From positions 5,084,001-5,148,000 of the forward strand of contig NC_047030.1 in NCBI RefSeq assembly GCF_902652985.1: DNA of 64,000 nt, in the 5' to 3' direction. The DNA is from Pecten maximus (taxonomy: Eukaryota). Below the pieces are notes generated by a model, which did not search any database, was not told the origin of the DNA, and was given only the letters and a program-made list of their open reading frames with translations. The translations under genes were made by a program, and so were the position numbers. Within the stretch, counting starts at the first letter, position 1, and each line of letters starts with the position of its first letter. This document shows positions 1-12,100 of the stretch, one piece after another.

Positions 1-713
1 TCAAGGTTATGTATCAGTACCCTCATGGAATCTAGACATAGATACATGTACAGCTATACAATGTACTTGTACAACAATCGTACATTTGGGTTTTGTGTTC
101 CATCTAATCAGAAAATTGTCATTTGATTCGACAATGACCACCTTTAATTATCTTTGTCCGACAAATGCAATATTGTACATGTACAAAAATGTATAATGTA
201 TATCTATACACGTATATGTTTTTGCTATCGAATAATGTTAACATATTCACGAAAATTTAATTCCACTCTTTCATCAGTAATACTATATGCTCAGTCCCGT
301 ATCGAAAATCAAACCATCTATCAAAACTGAGCGTGCCATCTTTGTTAAAACCGCTGTTGAAATAAAAGAAAAGCTCGAGTCCGGGTACTGGAATCTCGCC
401 CGGGACCGGCGTATTATTTTTACGCTATTATATAAACTAATGCAACTGTACAAAGTAGCATCACTTTCAATAGCATCTCGTCACTCGCTCAAATATAGCC
501 TTTAGACGGACCAGGACTACTGATAGGAAAAAAGTTTCTGGTCAAGCTGGACACTAGACTGTCCACTAAAGTCAATGGATGAAGGACATCTGAAGGGAAG
601 CAACATGTATATGTGTGGAATTTGATATTTCTCTAGATTTTATAACGTGGGGGATTATGTACAACGTCGTGATGATCAGCAGCTGATGACTATTCATATG
701 ATTTTATGGACAG

Positions 714-3700
714 GTCAGAGTGTGTTTGTTGACCAGGGGAACCCTTACGCCGATGGACCATTACGTGTTGGCGAGTTAAGTCTAGCGAAGACTATTGTGA
801 ATAGTTCGCTTCACAGCAAAGGTAAATATCATGCTATTATGAAGCATTCTATGATAATTTGTTATTGCTTTATTCGCAGTTATTAAGTATTTCGCGAAAA
901 TAAATACCAGGCGAATATTAATTTACACAGAAATGTATAGAAGAGTTTACTGCATATAACTGAAAAACACAATACAAACATACAATACTTGTAAGCTAGA
1001 GTATAAACTGTTGTATATCACAAATTCATAATTAACTTACGATAAATGTTAGGACGTCAGTAATATACATATATGGAAGGCATGTCGTCATATCTTATAA
1101 AAGGATCGTGACTACCTACATGTATATAATGATCTATATAAAGCTAAAGATTAAAGCCGAAGATTTTTTTTAGATGAGGAAACGTTTTCTGAAAAAGATA
1201 CCTGATAATAAACTGGATATTTGATATTGTATGAAAAAAATGTACAATACAAAAGTAAGTATGACGTAACATCTTCAGAGAAATCGCCAATCGCAACATC
1301 TCGGGGAAATTTCCGGCAACACTCGGAAATCTACTCCCTCGAATGCCAATCGCAACATCTCGGGGAAATTTCCGGCAACACTCGGAGATTTCCGTAATTA
1401 CAAATACACCTTTCTTAAGAGCGTAACGAATTGTTTGGATCCATGTGTGCGCTCTGCCTCTCGACAACGCTTCTTATAAATTTGTCTTTTATGTTTGTTC
1501 CGAAACAATCGCAGTTCAATGGATGCAATCGCAATGGAGCTTTGGTTACATCAGTGGTTAAACTTAAGCTTCTGTTTTATCGAAACCAATGTAGTTTGCG
1601 GAACTTGTTTTAGTTAACTCTTTCATACATGTATTTATAACTGTCCTCTGTTTCAGTATTCTTTCCACTGAAACCTGACACCTACGCGGCTGTTTATTTT
1701 ATTGGAGGACTAGGAGGGCTGGTTCCCACGGAGACGTACGAGATCTTTCTATCAAAAGTAGCTTCACATGGATTTTTCGTTTTTGGTGTTGACATCCTGT
1801 TTCCAGTGTATTCTGCCCATTCTACACCCCAGGAGGCATCAAGAAGGAAGAACATCGGTGATGCACTTGAGAAATACTACAGTCAGTTAATTTGGGTAAA
1901 CATACGATTTTATCACTGCTTCGCAATATTATAAAACAATCCTTTTAGACTCTGATATAAAACAACAAAAGCAATGTACAAAATGTACAAAACTTAAGTT
2001 TAGCAAATTTTTCAATCACAAATACATTACACCGCAGATTTAATCTATAGTGTTAGTCCCTGGGTAACATGATTTGTGTTTACAGTATCCATGGCAATAT
2101 AATAAAAGAGGCAACTAAGTTCGAGATTTCATCCTTTCTCTGTTAAGAAAAAATCTAAAAATCATAAAGAAGTTTAAATATAACTGATAAGACTTTCTGA
2201 AATTTTTTAGCATATCTTCGTAAGATGATGCCCCAATATATTATTCGTGAAAACCTTTTGGCTTGAAGCTAAACGTGAGAAAAGCCTATAAAATTTAGAT
2301 GTGGTTTGCAGGATAGCGACATACCTCAGGACTAAATGTACAACAACGTAGTACACCACGCGAAAACGGCGTTTAATTTCTGTGTACGACACGGATGATT
2401 AGGCTGTGATTACGAATTACAACATAGTTTGTAAATAATTCAGTCTCTATTAAAAAAAAACACGGTTGATGTTTCATGAAGAGAGACACAGACTGGTGTC
2501 AATCTTACTATAGGAGGAAATTGTGGTCTAGTTATGGTTGTGAAGGATGAATAATTAAGGTGTAGAGATTCGACAGTGTTTGCTCGAATAAAGGAAAGGG
2601 AATTATTGCCCTTGGTTGAGGAAGAATAATCCATGTAATCAATCTATTCCAATAAGGAATATAAGCTTCGGCTCATTTTCAAGATTGTATGCAAAATAAG
2701 GTAGAGTTATTGGTGCTGCCAATCATGCTTACACCAATGTACTCATAAATGCTATTTCAACGCTATCATCTCTTTCATTACAATCTTACTGTGATATTTT
2801 AATAATTCAGCTGCAGTCCTACATGCGGAACCAGACGCTATCGACGATAGCATGGGACAAGTTAGCTCTCGTTTGTCATTCGGCTGGATGTGATGACACC
2901 CTCAGACTTATCCTCGGAAATCGTACAATGTACTCGGTAATAAACTCTCCTGGATGATAACTGTAACACCACAGGCGTGTGTATCTGTTTTGTATTTATA
3001 TAAATATTAGCACCTACTAATACTTATGTTGATACAGTTACTGTAGGGGCTAAAGTTTTGTTTCTATCAATAATAACTATTTAAGATTGCAGACACCTGT
3101 GATAACACGCACAGTCTGCACTCAAACGTCCGGTATTAAAGGGGCATTCCTTCGTTTGAATTAGTGTAGGTCGTCAACACTAAACTTACTGGAAACTATG
3201 TATTTTTCCAAGTAGTAAAAGTTATAATCTCTACATAAATATCGCAGTTTTACTCTCAAGATAAACCAAACTTCTTCGAGTATTAAGTTCTGAAAGTTCT
3301 TAATACGACCCGAAGTATCACTCATTACCGCAAAGACATATGGTATTTGTATACAATACACATTTTTCCTTTACATTTTGGCGTTAATTTCATTACTTTT
3401 AGGACAAACACTCTTGTAATCATCGTTCGGACACACATTTCATCAATAGAAATTGTGCATGTTTCTGATGTCCGAACGAATTAAGGAAATTAAGGAATGC
3501 CCCTTTAACAGCTCTTCTAGTGAGTCTGTGTACCATCGCAAATGAACTCACCAGGAGACAGAATGTGGGTCAGTTTCTATTTCTGTGTACCATATGCAGT
3601 ACATGGATGTGTATAAAGTGTTAAAAGTTGGTATGTAGTTTCATGACCGTAATTTTATCACAATTCCTATGAATGAAAGTATATGAATTCAATAACATTC

Positions 3701-5128
3701 AAACTTTGTTATCTCGAACTGATAGCTCAAAGAGCACGCGTAACTCAAAGGAAAAGTAAATCAATTTCGACCTTAAAATTATACATAAAATATACATTGT
3801 ACTAGGTTACCTCGAATAATCTGGAGAGCTCAATTTTTTTAATGACCCAGCCGACTTCGTGATTACAAAGTTCGAATGTATTATTATATATGTTTTAAGT
3901 TTAATTTTTAGTGTCTTACAGACTGAAACGTAAACTGGCCACCAGACCCTAAGTTCTTTTTGTTAAGAATTGCCAAGTTGAATTCTAATACTAGATTATC
4001 TGCCCCTAATTTCAAACTCTAGACATATCCTGGGGACCAAAATCATGAAGCTCAATTTTATTTATAATTTTGATATTCTAGAGACAGGGAGCCTGTCTTA
4101 CTGAAACACATCAGACTAAAAGTCCAAAGTAAATATCAATTTCTCATGAAGGGAACAGCAATGCACTCTGTTAGAGATTGAGTAAATATCTGAGAATCCA
4201 AACGGTTTATGTAGGTTTCATTTTATCCTATAATACGTGTTTTTTTCTAGGCGTCAGTTTTCCTGGAACCCTACAGCAAAAATGTTAAGACAAAGATGGG
4301 TTTCCAAATGCCTGCATTGATGTATGGAACTCAGCTCTCGGAGGAAGGACTGCCATGTGCAATTAAAGGCTTTGACTGGAACCAGTTTTACGACGTCTGG
4401 CAATGCCCGAAAATAAAACTAGAAGCTAGTGTACGTATGGTCCAGTTATAACCGCGCAACACTCCTTTATTTACAGTAACCATACGACAAAGTCTGGTGT
4501 ACATTGTAGCTTCCGGGTGATATTTCGGTAGAACGAAGATAAAAAGGATAATAATTTTCTCATTTTGTTTTTAATTTCAGGGATTTGGACACTGTGATAT
4601 TCTCGACCCTGAGGCGTGGGAAGGTGAGCTATTACAACTATTCAAAGCAAAGGAAACATCAATCAGTCTTGCTGGTAGATCGCTAGATAAATTCCCAAAA
4701 AAACCTGTGAGGTTGAACCCCTCCCCCTCTCCACGAATCTAAAATTCAGATGTGGACGTTTTCATCAATTCATAGTAGTTTGTAGATGGTTCGATAAAAG
4801 GTTCGACGCGTAATGAATGCGAAACTGTATATAAGATGATCAAAGGACTAAAACATAAATTTTATCTTTTTCATATTTCTATTCCCAATTTTAACAGAAT
4901 ATTTTCTCATTTCTTGCTACAGTATGCCACCTTACCCATTTCTGCAAGACGACAAATAACACACGACTATCCGAATATCGGCAGTTCGTCCAGGGCGCTG
5001 TCTCCAGTTTCCTGATGACTACTCTACAGGGGCGTACTGACGCCTTGTCTTACATATCGGACATTCGAAAAATTCCATTACCTGTCATGGATTTGAAGAC
5101 TGAATTCAATTGTTCAACGATTCATTAG
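714..5128 (+). CDS. Chlorophyllase-like alpha/beta hydrolase, 5'-partial (first coding exon not identified)
   Basis: Six GT-AG exons joined in frame: 714-821, 1657-1895, 2811-2936, 4251-4430, 4581-4623, 4923-5128 (TAG 5126-5128), ~300 aa. Motifs: VFFPLKPDTYAAVYFIGG..YEIFLSKVASHGFFVFGVD, nucleophile elbow LALVCHSAG, FLEP, PALMYGT..PCAIKG, GFGHCDILD, C..FCK..YRQFVQGAVSSFL. These are collinear with plant chlorophyllase motifs (ASHGF, GHSRG, DP, PCAP, YGHMDMLD, RRFVGG). Several N-glycosylation sequons (NSS, NQT, NRT, NNT, NCS). Confidence 0.85.
1286..1392. repeat. Two-copy ~59-bp tandem duplication
   Basis: gccaatcgcaacatctcggggaaatttccggcaacactcgga occurs at ~1286 and ~1345. Confidence 0.8.
3140..3504. 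mobile_element. Kolobok-type MITE (non-autonomous DNA transposon)
   Basis: TTAA at 3136-3139 and 3505-3508 flanks TIRs aggggcattcctt / aaggaatgcccct. TTAA TSD with purine-purine 5' termini is the Kolobok signature. Lies in an intron of the chlorophyllase-like gene. Confidence 0.75.
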
Positions 5129-6489
5129 AAGTATCGAGAAAAAATATTGCAAGTGTAGAACGTTTGTGTATATATCGGCATTCATATCTTTTAATCTGTG
5201 CAGAATACAGTCTTCGTTCATATTGTCTCTGACTCCTCGAGCGTCCTATTAACAGCCAGGGTCATTTAAGGATGTTCTTGGATGAAGCACGGCAAAATCG
5301 TAGGCTTTGTTAGTTACAGACAGAAACCAATTAATATTTAATATTGAAAAGTCAACATGAAACCAAAGATGGTCAGTCTGAAACGGTCAACATGTTATAC
5401 AAGAGCCTGTGTTTCTTTTTAAAGAGCTGCTGCAGGTAAATTATTGTTATGACTCGCACATGCTTCCTGCTCAAGATCTCATAAACAATAAAATTCGGGC
5501 CAATTTTGGTTGGCCAGTAACAAAATTCAAAAAACGATCACCATATTTTTTCCGGTCGGTCTCAAAATTTAATATACAACTACAGATTTTTGTGTGAACA
5601 CAAACATATGTCTTTCTTACTGGGCACTGGTTTTAACCTTTGACCTTTAAGTCAAGATCACAATGATCTATGATCCAATAACAAATACAAAAAAAAAAAA
5701 AAAAGATTGTCTACAGACGAGGCACCGATGTCGGGGATAAAACATCAGTTCCTCTGGTCTTCGTCCCGGTGAGATAAAAATGGCCACTGGTTAGCTATTA
5801 TGTTTTCCAGTAAATCTCAGAATTCAATATGCACAGCTAGGGACTAGGAGGAGCCCACATTTGGACAATGCAGACACATAAACATTTCCCAATTCTAGTA
5901 TAACTCGCCCTTAACTTTGTTGCAGGGGTATAATTTAAAGAATTACGATAAGTAATTGGGTTACCTAGGAATTATCGAAAATCCATCCTTTGAATTACTC
6001 CTCATCTTTGTATCTACATGTGGGTCTTCAAAAATTAGTGTATGTAAGCCTTACCTTAGGACATGGCACTCATGCCTCTGATACAGCCAAATCGTAGAAC
6101 TCGCACATCGTACTGTCGGGAAAAATCAGCACACAAAAGTGACACAGGCACATAGGAACTACTATCCTCCACCTCATCTAAATATACAACTGTATTTTGT
6201 CCCTCTTTTAAGAAGGCATCTCAAGCGATACAAATCCTCTTGTTTTTCAACATTGACCAATACATAAGAAAAGTTGAGATTGTCTATAACCACAATGTCG
6301 CTGAGGAAATACTGTAAAGTACCATAATAGGAGATAATAGCTGAAAGGATATTGAAATAACCGAACTACACATATCTGATAATCAACCCAAGTTTGTAGG
6401 CGAGGACAATGAAAATCAATTTATAGAGTTAGAGTGACATCAATTTATACTAGCAGCTAGCATTTATGTTTTTGATTTATATATTATAT

Positions 6490-6912
6490 AAACATCCCTC
6501 TAGTACTTTTCAAGAAATAACGATAAAACTCATTTGTCAACATCCATGGTGACCACATGTCGACCATTTTTGTTTTCCTGATCACACTTAAAATTAAATG
6601 GGTACAACTAAGAAATAAGGGGAAGCTACTTGTGCAATTTGAGAAAAATTCCTCCAGCACTTTTCAGGAAATAACGGTAACTTTTTTTTGTCAAAAACAA
6701 AGATGGCTGCCTGTCGGCAGTATTTGTTTTCCAAATCAGACTCACAATTGAGTGGGAACAACTAGGTACAAAGAGGAACCTACATGTGAAGTTTTGAGAA
6801 ATATCCCGTCAGTATTTTCAAGAAATACAACAATGATTATTTGCGCATGGACGACAGACCACAGACGAAGGGTGATTTGAATAGTCTACGATCTGATGAG
6901 GGCGGGCTAATA
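6490..6912. mobile_element. Helentron/HINE-like non-autonomous element with ~150-bp internal repeats
   Basis: Two to three diverged ~150-bp units (caagatggctgcctgtcggc, gaacctacatgtgaa), followed by a ggacgacagac microsatellite and a terminal hairpin. Same family as 28550-28865. Confidence 0.55.
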
Positions 6913-9129
6913 AATATGGCGGCCATCTTGAATTTCGGACACTCAAAAAATAAGAACACTTGGTCAGGACAATCTTCATTTCAGGCAAGTTTGAGTTAAA
7001 TCCCATTGGCGGAAAAAGAGGTTTAAAAGCGTTGCTTGGGAAAACGATGACTGTGTAATCATGCAACAGAAAGGAAGGTAATGGCCTAAAGTAAACAACA
7101 TTATTTTTTTGATATTGTATATACGAATATATAACAGACTATCATTGTTTTAAATCCTAATTACTGTTTGTTGGAGACGTAGACCATTTTATTGTTTCCT
7201 GTTAATAAACCTATGTAAGCTAGCATGCACTCGCAATGTAGAATCTAGCCCGTTTACTATATATTATGTATGTTGCTAACGACTACATAGGTTTTAATTC
7301 AATTCTCTACAAAGAAAATACTTTAAAAAACATCTTTTTTCATCTCAGAAGTAAACACAGAACATATGAGAAAAGCATTCTATTCGGCCACACGCTTATA
7401 GTTATGGTTCATATCTGATATCCACCTAATCTTCATCGTAACAAAATATCTGTGTTAGACAGTTAGTTTGTCCTATGACCCCGATTTATAAGAAGATAAA
7501 GGAGGGAGTAAGCTGGATGAAAAGATACAGATATCGAGATATTACACGAGTTTCCATATCGGTAGATTTATGAAACGAGTGACATCAATTTTGTATGAGA
7601 CTGAAACGCATGCAAGATTTTATATATCACAAAACAAACATTCGTCTAAGCAGCATTTTATCAGATTGATATGAAACATCAGTATCAATATATATTTCCC
7701 TTTCTGTCTCTTCTTTCGTCTTGGGGGACGTCACATTGCGTGTGACGTCATGACATTAGAACGGCACAATCAAAACATTCCTTCTAACACTAACACTAAT
7801 ACCAAAATGTACGCCAATTGGTTAAATAACACTGATAACAGAGTAATTGTGTGATTCTATTCAAAAGAACTCTTTGAGTGTAAACTCATTGCAACAAGAT
7901 AGTGTATAATAGGACGTAGTATAGTGTTATACAACTTATTGTTTAAGCATCCTCTCTGGATTTGACTTATTTTTAAGACGGATGTCGTTGATGAAGACGC
8001 TTATCCTTCCTAAACATCTGGTCTGATAGTTCTTGTGTAATGTTCTTCATGCAATTATATATTTGCTCCATATGTTGCCGTCTTCTTATCGATTTTGTGT
8101 TAGAAGTATGGTTTGCTCTCTTTCTGTCTTTTGCTTGTGAACTACCAGTCAAGGTAGGTTCCGCTGACACTTTATGTCTCGGGCGTGCTAATTTTCTCAT
8201 TATCATCTGCTAGCGAAATACCTAACAGCATCGGTCGATTCTTTACCATATGGAGATGATTAACAGTCAACTAATGAAGAAAATCCTTGGTGTTTAACAA
8301 CGTGTTCAATGATGGAAAACAGTCGCTTATATACATTGTATATCCAGCTGGTCAAAAGGAATCACCCATGTCAAGTATCTAATTTTCAACACATGTATTT
8401 TTAAGTTGCAATACTAATATGGTTTAGTGCAAAAATGAAACACAGGGTTACTTAAGACCCATTTATTTCAAGTGTTACTCTGTGTTTATTCATCAAACAT
8501 TCAAAGACATTACAAAGAACCGGTACAAAATCACATCAACACAAATCAATCTAAGACTAAAAGCTAATATTACTTAAAATTGGTAACATCACAAGTTAGT
8601 TACAGACCCTATTTTACAAGTTATGCTGTGTTTAGCTATTTATACAATATTTCTTTATATTTGCTTAGTGTTGCTAAAACAACTACTGTTAGGATGATCA
8701 CAGACAGGACTAGGGTTAATGATCTTATATCACATCATCAGAATGTTATCTGATGAATTCGTCCGTGTTATAGTGTTACACTTGTGTAATATTCTCTAGA
8801 ACGATTTTCATAGGGTACGTCTTATATAAATCGACTGTGACGTCAAAATATTGAACATGACTCGACGTTATGTGTGAAAAATATCCATTTCATATGAGAT
8901 TTTTATGAAAATTTTATGAAAATATATACACCTGATTCATAAAATTTCATATAAAATGAAAACTCATCTAAGATCCTAAATACAGAATATCAAAACGTCC
9001 GATTTCACTTTGATATAGCGTGATACCTTTACTTCATGGATCAATATTGAACCAAAAATCCGATTTAACCAGAAAGGATATGAATAGTATGTGATAACCA
9101 ATCACAATCCATATTACGAACATTATATG

Positions 9130-12100
9130 TCAGCACCAGCCTGGTGTCCATGCCCCACCGTGGAGTTTTGGGTTGCTGAAGGGATTCGGGAGGGGGTAGT
9201 TCGCGGGTACCATTGTGTCATGATAAGTTTTCAGTCGAGCGGCTAGCTTATTGACAATGTCCGGGTTATTTGACGACAGGTCATTGTGTTCTGTCGGATC
9301 GTCTGTGAAAATAAAAAAAATAAAAATAAAAAATACGTCTTATCAAAGTTAGAATGGGCGAAAAAACAAGGACGTTCATAAAATATCACACAATATTATC
9401 AAGTTGAAGGACAAATTGGAAATCCTTCATTATTCCTTTCGAGCGATGACGTCATCATACTTGTGATGTCAGGATTTATGTAAAGGTGATTGCCAATTAG
9501 ATCAAGCTAAAGCGGGTTTGTTTAGACAAAACTAGAGTTATACATTTTCATTGATTAATATGTTAGTTTAGATGATATTTGATCGCCTATTAGATATTTG
9601 TTTTTTAATAATAAAAATACAGTGTTAACATTTTCGCACAGATTTAACAATTAACTCCATAATGAGGTAATCATCTCTTTATCTTCGGATTGTTACAAGG
9701 AAAACTAGCTCTACATTCTATTCGATACTAACCTTTTAGATTGTACAGTTGATACCTGACACCATGACAGCTGGGTTGAAGGCCATTTAAAACTGTCAAA
9801 ATGGATTATTGTGTCAGGAACCCAATTATTTATGATGAAAATATTCCGACAATATTTCATAATAGACTAGACAATCTATACCTATTTCACACAGACAGCT
9901 CCAGAGACAACTGTCACGTAGTAATAGTACAGATCTTCACTTTAATTGGAAGACTTTCTGAAAGTAAAATATTTTACAAGTGCTAACCTTTTAGATTATA
10001 CAACTGGTACCGACTGACTTGTTCCTGTTCAAATTGTTCAATGTCAAGTTTGGTTATGTTGTAGTCCTTCTCCACCGACTGTGGTTTGTACCATTCCGGA
10101 TAAAGTCCGGGGTATCCGTCAATCAGTTTATAATCCCCAACTCTGAAATAATGATAAATCCGTAACATTTACAATAATCAATTTCTGTTCCTAGCAGTAG
10201 TAAACTCTCTCTCTCTTGGGATCCATCAGGTGACCGATGAATTAGGAAATCATTTAAGTATTGAACTGCCATGATACGATTGAATCAAATGACAAAACAT
10301 TACATGCAAACATCATATTGGTATGCAAAGCTCGTAAATATATAGAGAGTTGACATTTGTTATGAGTTAAAATGTACGAAGATTGGAGTTACATCATATA
10401 ACTACAACAAATTGGTTTTCAATGTGTTTATCTCATACAGTTGTGAATATGACGTTTAGAACTGAATATTTACATTTGGATGGCATACCACTATATACAT
10501 GTAACCTAACCAGTGGATGGGATTATAACCGACTCCCAAATCCACTCTATACGTCTTCCATTGTCATACACAACACATGTTTTGTCGGATAGACATGTAG
10601 AATGGATACAGCAAACTAGATTTCCCGCTAAAAAATGTTTCAGATATTTTGTAGTAAAACTGAAAAAAATCTAAATACCTATTTAATAGCACGTGTCATT
10701 TCCCACCTTATTGCGGCATGTCCTTCCTCATATGGAAATAGGTCATCAATGTTATAGACTAACTCTGTTCTCGGTGAGGATGACAGCTGGCTTAACGCAG
10801 GCCACATGTTAACTCCGTCCCCCTTATATCCCACTAGGAATAAAATATAGTTACTGTCTTCATTTAATATTGTGAATTAGATTTCTAATAATAGGTTATT
10901 AGGTTTCAAGGTATGAATATCTTAGTATAAGACATTCTCAGTTTCAGAACCTTTTTTCTGACGCATGTTACTAGAATGCATCTATTATCTTTATCTTAAA
11001 AGAAAAGATTGTTAGGATAATGTTGAGAAATAGATTACTTTACGAAAGCAAATTATGGATACATTGTAAATAATGCTAATAACTGAAATACTGAGCTCAC
11101 TCTTTTATTCTTCAGAAGTTCAGATTGAGCTCAAACGAAAAGGTATAAACTTAATACAAAACGCTTAAGAATATCGCTTATACGATATATATAGTAACCG
11201 TCATATAACAAAAGAATATTTAGGATACCATGATTTCGATTATGGAAATACCGAACTACTCACCAGGGGGAGACTCCCCGCCGCCTACCGACACCAGCGT
11301 AGGAAGCCAATCAACTGCGTGCATTAAACTGCGATAAATTTATCAAAGGATTTGATTGGTTAAAGGAAATCGGATTGTATATAGGATTATAAATGTGTGC
11401 GATAATGTTTTTTTCTCGACAATTTCACAAATGATCCTTTGATCAAGACATTCATATACAATTTAGTTTCATACGAATATGTGATTACCAGAGTAACAAA
11501 AATGCAATATATAGGCATCCACTAACTAACGAAATACATACTATAACAAGACATTCATAGTGGACGTTTGTCTGGATGCCCTCGACATAATACTATTTTG
11601 CTTTCCCCGTAGTTTCCTGCTTGCACACAGGAGCATTACTGTATTTACATCGATATAATATCTATCGGCTCTTGTTATATATAACTATTAAAATTGATAT
11701 CTCTATAGACGTCACTTCTTGTCGAGTTGTGTCAAGATGAATAAACTCGGAGCGATGTCCGATGTGATGTTTAATGCATAATAAGTAAGAAATTCCACTG
11801 ATAGTTACATGTTCTTCCAGTGGGAACAAAGAAGCATTAGATGAAAGTGGCAAAATTTAATGCAAAATTTAATGCAAACTAATTAAATCATGTTTTGATG
11901 TCCATTTTTACATCAATTTTAGAAATTTCGCATTTGAATTAAAAGACTATAGTACCTACCCATCGAACCGCCTGCCAGTTACGTTCAATCCTGGTCCCCT
12001 AACAAAGCCAGCAGCTCTAGTACCACCCTCGTATATGGTAAACTTAGCTCCCCTTAGTGGATAGTTGTTCCCATAGTATAAAGGCCAGCCGCCATTCTGG

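Noticed and set aside
7973-8206. 77-aa basic ORF downstream of the sulfatase
   Set aside because: Its 3' end is the dispersed retroelement-end motif also seen at 12600; no recognisable domain.
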